A DNA stretch of 64,000 bases from Podarcis vaucheri (Eukaryota). Positions 1-12,477 of the stretch are shown one piece after another (the stretch's first letter is position 1; each line of letters begins with the position of its first letter). Both the position numbers and the translations under genes were made by a program. The notes beneath the pieces were generated by a model that ran no database searches, was not told where the DNA came from, and saw only the letters and a program-made list of their open reading frames with translations. The DNA is taken from NCBI GenBank assembly GCA_965113315.1, contig OZ220382.1; one strand, written 5' to 3'.

Positions 1-471
1 TTTCCATTCATTGGATTGCCAGCTGTAAGTCAAAAGTTGGCTATGAGATAAATAATTATCTGTACTGAGAATGTGCAAAGGATTTCAGTGGTGAAGACAT
101 TAGAAGCAATTGGATGAGTTTCTCTACTCTTACAGAGGGATGGAGCGGGCAGAGTTGTCTCTGGTTTCCTCTAGTGATATGAGCGAAATTTAGTCCAGTT
201 CACTTTTTTTATGCATAGTGACCTAAATTTGCAGTTCCCAAAACAATACAAGGATGGAAGTACAGGTAATACTTGAAATTTACACTTCAAATTCTGCACT
301 GTAGTTTTCCAACAAAATTAAGTGTGCAAAAATTTCTATAAGTGAAAAATGTGCACTGAGATAACTATTGATTTTCTTGTAAGTCCCTGCCATTTTAAAT
401 GACAATTGTGGTAAGCTTTTTTTTAAAAAAATTGTTTATTATAGATTTTCTTGGGTTACAAAAATACATAC

Positions 472-823
472 GGTAGGTAAAGGGACTCCTGACTATTAGG
501 TCAAGTCGCAGATGCCTCTGGGGTTGCGGCGCTCATCTTGCTTTATTGGCCGAGGGAGCCGGCATACAGCTTCTGGGTCATGTGGCCAGCATGACTAAGC
601 CGCTTCTGGAGAACCAGAGCAGCGCATGGAAATGCCGTTTACCTTCCCGCTGGAGCGGTACCTATTTATCTACTTGCACTTTGACATGCTTTTGAACTGC
701 TAGGTTGGCAGGAGCAGGGACCGAGTAACGGGAGCTCACCCCATCGCAGGGATTTGAACTGCCGACTTTCTGATTGGCAAGCCTTAGGCTCTGTGGTTTA
801 GACCACAGTGCCACCCGCGTCCC
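472..823 (-). mobile_element. Sauria SINE, full length
   Basis: tRNA-like head GGGACGCGGGTGGC..., core GTGCAAGTAGATAAATAGGTACC, BovB-like tail ...TTTACC. TSD acaaaa(a/g)tacatac at 458-471 and 826-839. Confidence 0.93.
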
Positions 824-1807
824 AGACAAAAGTACATACAACCTCTCTATTTTCAGATCATAAAGTCATTTCTACGTATCAGTTGAAGTCAAGATTGGGA
901 AAATGAAAAGCTGAACAAATCTGAAACTCAGTGGCGTGCAGTGAAAATTTTCATAGGTTTGTGAGGGTGATTGGGGTCATGCATGAGCTTTGCACCTCTC
1001 TCCCTAAGCTTCCTGGGCTATGGAAAGGAGGTTCCAGGGGAACATTTAGGGAACTAGCCACTAACTAAGGGACTAGGCCTAGTCCACTATCCACAAGGTA
1101 CTGCTGAAACTGAGGTTCGCCCATTGCTTGCTGCTACTGGTTCATTTTTGTTTTTTAAGGGAAGGAAAAACTGGCTTCTGAATTTGGGTGATTTGGAGCA
1201 CAGATGCACAAAGGAAGAAAATACTCAACCGTTCCTCACCTGTCGTTTTCTTGCTCCAAATCACACCTTCCCTATAAGGCTCAAAATATGTGTTTCTGAG
1301 GGCAAATGCGAAAGAAAGAGAAAAGGCTACTGGGATGATTCAAAACAGGAAGACAGAGGACAAAACAGGAAGACAATGGCAGAATGGCTTAAGCATCTCT
1401 TCCTTGCCCACCACTTTTTGCTCTTCATAACCCCCCTCAAAATGTGCTTTCTTCCTCTTTCAAAAGGGCCATTGGGTTACAGTTACATGCATTTTCATGT
1501 AACATATATTTTGCAGCTTTCTTTTTTGTTGTTTTCCAGTTATCTCCAGCTTCACTTCAGAGGCCAGGAGGGGGTGCTATTGGAATGCCATGTGCCTGGA
1601 TTTTCTGCTAAGTCAGTTCCTTTTCTTTTTAAGTTACCTTGTAATTTTTATACTCACAATTAAATTTTGTGACTTGAGAAGGGGATGGCGACAGCTGCAT
1701 TGCAAATGTGAATTTATGGTGTTTGCCTGCTATTTTTTTTTAATAAGCAGTAATAAATGATTCAAAGTTTTGAGTTTATGAAAGATAATTTATGTTCTAT
1801 TAGTATT

Positions 1808-2580
1808 AGTTGTTGGCATCCGTCTGTCTTGAGAGACAATGGAATGTGTCTTGGGGGGAGAAGTCAAACTACTGGAGAATCACAGCACCTGCTGTGGCTG
1901 CAGAGACCAGTAACTCATAATTGCTGCCTCCCATGTTGCTTGTGCTCCATTAGCAGCACCGAAGTGACCTCTCTGGCTTGCAAGCCTAGGGAGTATGTAT
2001 GAAAGTCCTGGGCTGCCCAGACAAGACAAACACACCCTGGCCTGGCCTCACTAATATGGTCCAAAGAAAAGCAGAGCTATATGTTTGGCACCAGCTTGGC
2101 TGCATGAGTTGCCAGAAGGAGACGTACAAGTGCCACCCAACAGTCTTAGGGTGGCGCTGTCTGGACAGAGCCTAGGACTTGCCGATCAGAAGGTCAGCAG
2201 TTCAAATCCCTGCGATGGGGTGAGTTCCTGTTGCTCAGTCCCTGCTCCTGCCAACCTAGCAGTTCAAAAGCACATCAAAGTGCAAGTAGATAAATAGGTA
2301 CCGCTCCGGCGGGAAGGCAAACGGCGTTTCTGTGCACTGCTCTGGTTCGCCAGAAGTAGCTTAGTCATGCTAAGATTTTACAGTACAGAAACCACCTTCT
2401 TGACCATTGGACCCACTATTGGTCTCATCTCCTCAATCCACCAGAGCCTGTCGTCGCATGCAGGGGAAGTTGCTAACTCACTGAGGATTTGAGACCCATT
2501 GACTACCCACACCTGGTTTAGCTAGCCACTCAAAGCCGCTCCCAGGCTACGTGGCCACTGTCACGTGTTGACAGCTTCTA
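1808..2580. mobile_element. Probable RTE-type LINE 5'-region fragment interrupted by a Sauria SINE
   Basis: Begins gttggcatccgtctgtcttgagagacaatgg, resembling RTE-clade 5' UTRs from memory. No ORF support. Confidence 0.4.
2148..2371 (+). mobile_element. Sauria SINE, 3'-truncated
   Basis: Matches the 5' two-thirds of the other copies. Confidence 0.88.
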
Positions 2581-4532
2581 GTGTTATTAATTTTATTCTG
2601 GAACATGCTTGTAGGCCAGTAGGTTCAGGAAGGATATTTTGTTTCTCTCTTAAGTTCTTTGATTCCCCATCTTACTCTTAAGAGGTGGTCAGCTATTGTA
2701 TTCTTGGAGCCCAGTGATCTAGTAGCTAATGCTGCAGGAACTGGTTGTGTATTTTGCTGCAGAACCACATCTCTTCCAGAGTGGTCAGGCTCTAAAATAA
2801 AGCCACTTCTCTGTGTGTGGATGTAGGGATCTGCCTTACATTGACTCAGCCTATTTGTTCACCTAAGTGGGTAGATAGATTTTAGCCCAAAATTCTCTAC
2901 TACTATGAATGGTTGTGACTCCACAGGGTTTCAGCGAGAGAGAGGTGTTTTCAATTACCTGCCACCTGGGAAACTCAACTGAAGATGTCAGGATCTGATC
3001 CTGGGACTTCCTGAATGCAAAGCATGAGCTATAGCATTGCCCCAATTTCAACTGTGGTCCATCAAGCTCACCATTGTCCAACAGATGTTGCTGGACTCCA
3101 ACTTCCAGCAGCCTCAGCCAGCATGGCCACTGGTCAGGTATGAAGGGAGTTATAATCCAACCATATCCAGAAGGCAATAAGGTCCTTATGTCTGGTCTGC
3201 ACTGGTGGACAGTGGTTCTGTAGGGCTTTAGAAAGGAGTCTTTTCCAGCCCTACCTGGATATGCCAGAGATTGAACCTCAGATCTTCTGCATGCAAACCA
3301 GATGCTCTACCAAAGAGCTATATCCCCTTTCTAATGGAATTGTGATGAACACATGAAGCTGCCTTATTCTGAGTCAGACTAAGGGCCCATGCAGCTCAGC
3401 AATGTCTATGCTGACTGGCATTGGTTCGCCAGGCTTAGAAACAGCAGTTTTTTCAAGCCGTACTTGGAGCTCCTATGTGCTCTACGACAGAGCTATGCTC
3501 ATTCCTCTGAACATAGAAAGAAGCCTTGTTTTTAGGCAGACCAATGGCCCATCATCAGTATTGTCTACATTGACTGGCACCGCCTCTCTGGGGTTTCAGG
3601 CAGGTCCTACTTGAAGATGCCCAGGAATCTAGAACCCTTTGCATGCAAAGAAGGTGTTCTGCCCTTCCTCATGAAGGAATGCCCACCCAGCCCAGCATTC
3701 TCTACTCTGCTTGGCATTACTTCTCTATGGTCTCAGACACAAAGATCTATATATGCAAGAACAACTGTGGCCTATATATATATATATATGCAGAATGGTA
3801 TTCTTGCACTTCAGTGTGAAGGAACCAATTAATTATGTAGCATGTTGCTTTTGAAAATTGAGCAACTGGAACTGAATGTGTTGGGAAATGGAGTTGCCCT
3901 TTTTGAGTATGAGACCAGTTGGGTCTTGGGGAGGGGTCATGGCATGCAATGCACTCGAGGCGTGCCTCCCATAAATCACAACACTGGAGTGCCGAGTTTT
4001 GCGTTAATCCTTCCTTACATGCAGAAATGCTGTCTCTGCAGCTTGTGATAAGGCAGAGGAAATTAAATTGTTTTCCTGTGTGCATGGCACAGCAAGGTGC
4101 TTACGCAACTTTTTAATAAAACACCAGCGCTGCTATGGCGATGGTGGCGGCTAATTTAATGCCAGTTAGAATTTCTCCCCTTAAACTTGATTGCTTTCCA
4201 AACTATGCAGAGGCCTGAAATGTCCAGCTTTTTGATGCGCTGATACTTGTATGGCCAGTCAATGAAGGAAGATTATGGAGAGGCAAGAAGCTATAACGCT
4301 CGCTCACTATACATGGAATGAGTGCAATTTAGAAAGGGCCACAGCTTGTGTACTTTTAAAATTCCTGGAGGAGGGAGGGGGAAATAACCGGACTGTTGGT
4401 AAAAAACAATCAGGCACAATCAAGCCTCAATTCTGATTCAAATCTTCGTGTCTATTTCAGTGCATTTGTGGAGCTCCTATGTATTCAGTCTTTTCCCATT
4501 CACTTCAATGGCATGTAATTAAAAAATGGTCA

Positions 4533-4935
4533 TCCATCCTCTGCTTTAAAACCTCCAGTGAAGGAGAGTCCATAGCCTCCTGAGGGAGTCCATTCTACTG
4601 TCTAACAGCTCTTACTTTTATGAAGTTCTTCCTGATGTTTAGTTGGAATCTCCATTTTTGAAGTCATTTGTCTAGGTCCTACCCTCTGGAGTAGGTGAAA
4701 ACAAGCTTGCTCAATTTTCCATGTGACAACCCTTCAGATATATGAAGCTGGCAATCACACCTCCTCTCAGTCTCCTCTGTACCAGGCTAAACATACCCAA
4801 ATCCCTCAACTATTCCTCATAAGGCTTGGTTTCCATACCCATGATCATCCTGGTCATCCTCTGAACATTTTCCAACTTGACAATATCTGTCTTAAATTGT
4901 GGTGCCCAGAACTGGACACAATACTCCAGGTGAAA
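4533..4935 (-). mobile_element. CR1 LINE 3' fragment
   Basis: Typical CR1 ORF2 end sequences in reverse: aacagctcttact...aagttcttcctgatgtttag and ccagaactggacacaatactccagg. Confidence 0.75.
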
Positions 4936-5340
4936 TAAGGAGCTAATCTGAGGCTGCACCCTAAACACACTTTCAAGGTAATAAGCTCCATTGAGTACCT
5001 TCAGTCTGTCTTTGAATAAACATAGGGATGGGGGAGAATTTCATTTCACTTCATATTTCATGGCAAACCTAACTGGTTTTATGTTCCCAAAACAATTTGT
5101 GAATCTAAACACAGCCATCCTTCAAAATTTACACATTCATGAATTGTGCAATGCACTTCTCCAGTCAAGTGATCAGTATACATTGGTTAAAGCGTCTTTC
5201 AAAATGAACATATTGGTGAAAACAATATACCATTATTTTAGGGTTGATGACACTGCAGACATGATTATGTTAGGGGGAATTACATACAAACAAATATATA
5301 TTAGGAGAAATTTGCACTAAGATGCCCCCCCATATTGTAC

Positions 5341-5485
5341 GGAAGGGTAATAGCTCAGTCAGTAGAACATGAGACATGAGACTCTTACTCAGGGTCTGGG
5401 GTTCAAACCCCACGTTGGGCAAAAGATAGCAGGCGGTTGGGCTAGATGGCCCTCATGGTCCCTTCCAACTCTAAGATTCTACGAA
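5341..5485 (+). mobile_element. tRNA-derived SINE with CR1-type tail
   Basis: A box (tagctcagtcagtag), B box (ggttcaaaccc), tail ggtcccttccaactctaagattcta. A decayed relative lies at ~14775-14897. Confidence 0.7.
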
Positions 5486-5788
5486 ATCCTTGCTGAATAG
5501 GAGACATCATACCGTGGTACTTTGGTTCTCAAACTTAATCCATTCCGGAAGTACGTTCCAAAACCAAAGCGTTCCAAAACCAAGGCACACTTTCTCATAG
5601 AAAGTAATGCAAAATGAATTAATCCATTACAGACTTTTAAAAACAACCCCTAAAACAGACATTTAACATGAATTTTACTATCTAATGAGGCCATTGATCC
5701 ATAAAATGAAAGCAATAAACAATATACTGTACTGTAAAATCAATAAAACAGTATTGCTGATGATAAAAATGAAAATGTATTTTTTTTC

Positions 5789-7591
5789 TTACCTACACTG
5801 ATGATAGTCATTGTTTAGATGGGGGGTGGGGGGGTCAGGGTTCCCTTCCAGAATCACAACTGGTGAGTCCTCTCCTGCCATTCCTTCCCTTGCTTTTTTT
5901 ACACCACTGACACCTGGTTCAGACCCGCTGATTCTTTTCCTCACCCAAAAACTTTCAATTGAGACTTGCTTTTGCCAATGTTTTAAAATTTGCCTAAATG
6001 TGAGACATATCATTATCATTGAAAGTGTTAGTGGCATGACTTACAGCAGCTTTATCAGGGTGATATTTTTCAACAAAAGTTTGCACTTCAGTCCATTTTG
6101 CAAACATTTCTTTGATCATTGCAGTAGATACACTTTCTCTGCTCTGCTCCTCCAAAGATATTTCCTCAGTTGCCACCTGTTGCTGCTCCTTCAGATTGTT
6201 TCGAAGTTCTTCTGTGGTGAGCTCAGTTTTGTGGTCCTCCACTAACTCCGCATCATCACTACTCACTTCCAAGCCCATGGACTTTCCCATAGGCACAATA
6301 TCACCAACAATAGGTGACTCCTCTTCAACAACCTCACATACACGTTCTGGGACAGCTTCTGGCCACAGTGTCTTCCATGCTGACTTCAGTGTTCTCTGAG
6401 TCACATCCCTCCATGCTTTGTCTATGATATGTAAGCAATGTAGGATATTGAAATGATTCTTCCAGAACTCTCTGAGGGTTAGCTCTATGTCTGAGGTCAC
6501 CTCAAAGCACCTTTGGAACAATGCTTTAGTGTAAAGCTTCTTAAAATTAGATATGGCCTGCTGGTCCATGGGCTGGATGAGAGAAGTCGTGTTGGGGGAA
6601 AGAACTTTACACTGATGAAGCCAGACTCTTCCAACAACTCATCCTCCAATCCTGGAGGGTGACCTGGAGCATTATCCATAAGAAGCAGGCACTTCATTGG
6701 GAGATTTTTGTCTTGGGGGTATTTTATCATACTTGGCCCGAACACTTCATGAACCCACTGAATAAAAAATTGCCTTGTTACCCAAGCTCTGCTGTTTGCT
6801 CTCCACATCACATGCAATTTGCTTTTTATGACATTGTTTTTCTTAAATACCCCGGGGTTCTCAGAATGGTAGACTAGCAAAAGCTTCAACTTAAAATCTC
6901 CACTTGCATTCGCACAAAATAAAAGTGTCAGCCTTTCTTTCATGGCAATGCTTTCTCCTCCTTTGTTATGTAGATCCTCCATGGCATTTTTCTTCCAATA
7001 GAGGCCTGTCTTACCACAGTTGAAAACTTGTGGGGGAACGAAGCCCTGTGACTCAACATAATCTTTAAATTCCAAAACGAATCGGTCAGCGTCTAATTTG
7101 TTGGCACTGGCAGCTTCACCATTTCTCACCACACTGTGTATGCCACTTTTCCTCTTAAAATTATCAAACCACCCTCTACTTGCCCTGAAACTCTCACCCT
7201 TAGCACTTGCTCCAGGGGTATTTCTGATGAGGTCGGCATGCAAATGCAAAGCTTTTTCACAGATTATGCTCTCAGAAATGCTGCTACCTGCCAACTGTTT
7301 TTCAGTTATCCATATTAAAAGCTATTTTTCCACTTCTTCAGTTGTCTGTGTTCGCTGCTTTGTGAGTGTTTTAACACCTTTTGCAACACTGGATCCTTTA
7401 ATGGCATCCTTATTTCTTAAGATGGTACAAATTGTGGATTTGGCCATACCAAACTGCATTGCCAGATCACTTACACGGACCCCACTTTCATGCTTGGAAA
7501 TAATTTGCTTCTTTACCTCTATTGCAGTTCTATTAATGGTTCTCTTGGCTTTGCAGCTTTTATCCATTTCCGCAGTCACACAATCAATCAA
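5789..7591 (-). pseudogene. Tigger transposase (HTH-psq, CENP-B HTH, DDE), broken by stop/frameshifts
   Basis: Consecutive ORF pieces: KKQIISKHESGVRVSDLAMQFGMAKSTICTILRNK; ICEKA...FRASRGWFDNFKRK; VFNCGKTGLYWK (first catalytic D lost), LLLMDNAPGHP; MDQQAISNFK...AWKTLW. Confidence 0.9.
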
Positions 7592-7760
7592 TCAGTAGCT
7601 GAACTGGGTTCCACACAGTCACAAAAGAAATAAACCAAAAAGCTGCAAAAAGAAAAATGCAAAAAAATAACAAAAACAAAAGCACCAAATATAAGTTCCA
7701 AATATTACCTCTGTGTTGCATGTGTGCTCAGGACTCAACAGCCGACAGACCTCAGCGTAG

Positions 7761-7944
7761 CACTCAGAACAGAAGCGTGGCACTCAAATCCAAAGCGGAA
7801 CACTCAAATTCGAAGTGTGGCACTCACAACAGAAGCGTAACACTCAAATCCAAAGCGAAACACTCAAAACAGAAGCGTGGCACTCAGAATGGAAGTGCAA
7901 CACTCAAATCCAAAGTGAAACACTCTAATCTGAAGTGAAACATT
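7761..7944. repeat. 20-bp-period tandem array (9 units) in the Tigger 5' non-coding region
   Basis: CACTC recurs exactly at 7761, 7781, ... 7921; consensus approx CACTCAAAWCNRAAGYGNRR. Confidence 0.9.
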
Positions 7945-8533
7945 ATTTTTTTAAAAAATGATATTTATTGAGAATTTTTTTTTAAAGTTACAAAAGAAAA
8001 ACAAAGTAGAAAAAGAAAAAAAACCAAGCCACTTCCAACCATACATATACAAATTCAAAAAACACAAAAAAAACAAAAATACACCACAAACATTTAAAAA
8101 CATTTAAAAACAAATCCATTATTCTCAACTCCTCAACTATCATTACCCTCTTTCCTTGACCTCCTCCTCCTCCCCTTCCTTGTATCCTGGTTGTTAATTG
8201 TCACAGCAAATCCTTTCCATATTTCATAATATTCTGTCATTACATTACCTTAAACTATTTTAATCTTATCTTACTATAAAAAACCTTGAAACTTAAAACT
8301 TAAATCTTATTTTTACCAACTTCTCATAACCATAATATCCTTGCATAATTCTTTAAACATTTTTACTAAAGCCAAGTAATTTCATCCCAACATTTTTCTA
8401 ACATTCATCAATTTTGTAAAACAGTCCTAGTAGTGCAAAAAGGAAATAAAAACAAATCCAATCTTTATCCGGCGTCCCTTCCTCCTGGTCCCGGGTTTTG
8501 TCAGTCCTCATTATCCCATCAATCTGGCGCATT
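7945..8533 (-). mobile_element. Short 5'-truncated L1-like 3' end nested in Tigger
   Basis: T-run plus TTTATT (polyA signal) at the left end. Right end reads as ...RDQEEGTPDKDW, resembling an L1 ORF2 C-terminus. 9-bp TSD TGAAACATT at 7936-7944 and 8534-8542. Confidence 0.8.
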
Positions 8534-8663
8534 TGAAACATTCAAAAAGAGCATGTTCGGCTTCCGAAAAAAATGTTTGCAAACCGCAACACTTACTTCT
8601 GGGTTTGCAGCATTTGGGTTCCAAGTTGTTTGAGAACTAAGCTGTTCAAAAACCAAGGTACCA

Positions 8664-8664
<1 letters not shown>

Positions 8665-8735
<71 letters not shown>
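8665..8735. repeat. (TG)n(AG)n compound microsatellite
   Basis: Direct reading; abuts the Tigger TIR. Confidence 0.95.
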
Positions 8736-11700
8736 TTTGGAAATGTAGAAAACTGAATTTAAGATTGGAAAAATGAGAAGCTGAGAGAAACTGAAACTTA
8801 CAGCTTTGCCCAGGCCTTGCTGTTTGCCACATGCTGTGCTCGTGGCAGAGATGATATCTGAACCTTATACAGTACTTCCTGGCTAGTATCTTATCCACTC
8901 TCTTACAGAACAAATGTTGGCTACAGCTCATAGTTAGCTTAACCTGAGCCCAGGTCTAGATGACCTGCAAAGCAGCATGTTGCAGAAATTTTTAAAAAGA
9001 CTGCAGAGGAGCAAAGTACTGGAGGCAGTATACCTTTTAATACCACTTGCTGTGAATCACAAGTGGGAAAAGTGCTGTTGTGCTCATGTCCTGTTTTGAG
9101 GCTTCCCAAAGGCATCTGGCTAACCACTGTGAGAACAGGATGCTAGACTAGGGCTCTTCCTTTGTTCTTGAGAACATAAGAATATAAGAAGAGCCTGTTG
9201 CGTCAGGCCAATGACCCATCTAGTCCAGCATCCTGTTCTCACAGTGGTCAACCCAGTGGCCTATGGGAAGCCCACAAGCAGGACCTGAGTACAACAGTAT
9301 TGTGTGAATATAATTTAAGTGCTATCTTAAATGCTATGCAAAATTAATTTAGGGCTACTGGGACAGACAAACAAGAATGTTTGTTTCCCCATTTTTGGAA
9401 AGTGCAAAAGCCTACAGTCTTGGATGTCTGAGCATGTAGTGCACAGATGCCTGTGACCTGTAAGAAGAAATCAGAAATAGCTATTGGAAACTGCACACCA
9501 TTTTTCTTTTCGCTGCTCTAGGAAAATGAGCTACATGTACTATAAAATGCAGGCTATGTCTTTCCTGATATTTCTACATTCATTACTGAACCCACAAACA
9601 ATTCGTTATTGGTAATTAATATTAATTCCATCCATTTAATAGCTGGTATTATCAAGGGTAGGGAGATCGGTTTCCCAGTGTTAAATAATTTTTGCCAATT
9701 TGTCTTGCTCGGCTTGCTGCTTCCCTGATTTCCCAGTTGCTTCATATCTTCTCTATCTGCAGTCAATGAGCTGAGGGAATCAGAGCTTCTCCAAATCAAT
9801 AGATCAGCAGCCAGCACAAGTAGAGAGAGATGCAGATTTGCTGGATGGTAATGTGAGATGGAGATACAGAAATATGCAAAGTGGAAATCAGCTAGACTGG
9901 GATTGCTAAGGCCAAACTGCAGGCTTCTTGTGATTCTTTTCTTTCACTTGCCTGTTCAACTCATAGTAAGCCAGGAGTTTCAGATCACAAGGACCATAGG
10001 TCAGTGATAGACCACATGCAAATAGTTCCAGGCTCAGTCCCTGGCATTTCCATGCAGAATGGTAAATGCCGCTCTCTGAGATGTTGGAGAACCACTAGCA
10101 GAGGAAGGGCTGCAGTTCAGTGGTGCAACATCCACTTGGCATGTGGAAAATCCCAGGTTCAGTTCCTGAGATATCCAAGTGGGGCTGGGAATGCCCCTTG
10201 CCTGACACCTCTCACTTTCAAAAGTGCCACATGATGATTCTTTCTCTCTTCTGAGAAATCAGTCTTTTTAGAATGGCAGCAGCTACTCCCAGAACCAAAC
10301 AGCCTATTTACATTAGGCAGGTGCCTTCACTGTACTGTTTTAGATGCCTGCTAAATGTGTTTCTGTTTAGCTAAGCCTTCCCAGACACATAACCCTGCTA
10401 TGTACTTTTGTTTTTAGAAGTGTGGATTTCAATATCTATCTTTTGATAATTCCCCCATGTCTACCATTTTAAAAAATCTGTTTTTATTGATCTTTTGAAT
10501 TAATATATTGTTCTGTTTTATATAAACAGCTTTATAAAAAAAGTGGTAGATACATTTTGCAAAATAAAATAAAAATCAGTCACTCAGAACTTAATAAAAG
10601 AGCCAACTCCACTAGAAGTCCAACTACAGCAGCCATTGATAAATGAGGATATGTTCTGTATCTTTTGAGACATCTCCAGTTTCTTACTGTCACAAAACTG
10701 ATAGTGCGAGAGACAGTCTACTGTACTGCCATGTTTAACACAGCAGTTCCTTGGCAGTTTGTACATCTGTGAGTGGTTTAGTTCTACACCATCATCTCCT
10801 TTTTTTAATATCATCAAAGACATGAATTAATATTGTCTATTTGGGGCACTCTTAATTTCAAATGCAGCTTTCGGGGGGGGGGGGATTAATATTTTGTCAT
10901 CTTCTGCTTTGGTTACTGTGTTTTCTGTGAGAAGAAGGGACTGTAATTTTAATGCCCAGCACAGACCATAAAGGACTATAAACATTTAATGGACCCATAA
11001 ACATAGATTTTAACCTTTTAAGTATTCTACATTTTGATTGGCTATGTGGCTGTCTTCTTCCCTACAGGTTATCAAGACTAATAAACAGGAAAGTTGAAAG
11101 TGCTGAACAAATCAAAAGGCCAAAAGAAAGAGAGAGAGGGGATATATATATATATATATATATATAAAATCCTGAAAAGGTCAAAGTAATACAGTTCACT
11201 ATAATCTTCCTCAGAATATATGAAGCATTGCGATTTTGAGGCCCTTACTCCTCAGCTTGTAATAATGGCAGAAAAAAGACCCGGCCTTAGTGCGATCCAT
11301 TTTTCAAGAAGCTGCTGTAAGGATGATGGCAATGATTTATTATTTTATTTCTCTATAGCCCACCTTTCTGCAGTTTGTGATCAAGGCAATTTATGAAGCA
11401 AAATTTAAAAACAGATAATCACCACTTCAGAAAGAACATTCCAAGAAGCAAGATGCCAAAAATCATTTAAGCAAAGGTCCCAGGAAAATAAAATGGTCTT
11501 TGCCTAGTACCTAACTGATGACGGCATTAATAGCCAAGAAGATATTTCTGCAGTGGGTGTTCCAAGGATGCAGGGGGGCACCACAAAAATAGCCCTATCC
11601 ACCTATAGCTGCTTGCCTATCCCCTGAGGGTGAGAATCCTTCCAAGAGAACGTCTGATGAAGACCTAAGTGAGGGGTGGGGATCCTGTGGACTCTCCAGA

Positions 11701-12149
11701 TGTTGCTGGACTCCAACTCCCATCAGCCCCAGCCAGCATGCTCAGTTGTCAAGGTTGATAGACTAGTCCTGCAACATTGGGCAGGGTGGGGGGCAGGCTA
11801 GCTGGCTTTGATCTTGATCAGACAGCAGCGCCAGCATCCTTGCGCACCTGTTGAGACCTATTTGGAGCTCCTCTTCCTCACAGCCATTGCCTCTTTGCAT
11901 GATCTAAGTATGCAAGCAAACAAGCATCAGCAGAAGAAGAAGCAAGGAGAAGTGGCAGCAGCCTTGGTTTGTCTGCCTAACTCTTCCTTGGCAGAAATAC
12001 ACATTGAACCCAGAGGAAAGGACAGGTCAGGTGAGTGGGCAATGTGGCGACAGTGACGAGCAGGAAGTAGACACAATCATCTTGCTCTTGTGTCCTCTTA
12101 AACCTAGAGCTTGCATGGACAGGGAGGTTCATGTGGAGAAAGGCACCCT

Positions 12150-12477
12150 GGTAAAAGGTAACCTGACCATTAGGTCCAATCGTGGCCAACTCTGGGGTTG
12201 CGGCGCTCATCTTGCTTTTTTGGCCGAGGGAGCCGGCGTACAGCTTCTGGGTCATGTGGCCAGCATGACTAAGCCGCTTCTGGCGAACCAGAGCAGCGCA
12301 TGGAAATGCCGTTTATCTTCCCGCCAGAGTGGTACCTATTTATCTACTTGCACTTTGACATGCTTTCGAACTGCTAGGTGGACAGGAGCAGGGACCGAGC
12401 AACGGGACCTCACCCCGTCATGGGGATTCGAACTGCCAACCTTCTGATCAGCAAGTCCTAGGCTCTGTGGTTTAACC
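12150..12477 (-). mobile_element. Sauria SINE
   Basis: Near full-length match to the other copies. Confidence 0.92.

Larger units (their letters stand above)
5512..8666 (-). mobile_element. Full-length decayed Tigger/pogo (Tc1/mariner) DNA transposon
   Basis: TIRs ccgtggtactttggttctcaaac (5512, preceded by TA) and gttcaaaaaccaaggtaccactg (ends 8666) enclose a TIGD1-like transposase. Confidence 0.92.

Noticed and set aside
1124-1663. 179-aa ORF and the many other short ORFs in the track
   Set aside because: No domains; many have non-ATG starts or run through microsatellites, SINEs or the N gap.
5341-5420. tRNA gene
   Set aside because: Decayed cloverleaf fused to a CR1-type tail, so a SINE head.
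7761-7944. CRISPR-like periodic array
   Set aside because: Eukaryotic context, degenerate tandem units without unique spacers, no cas genes.
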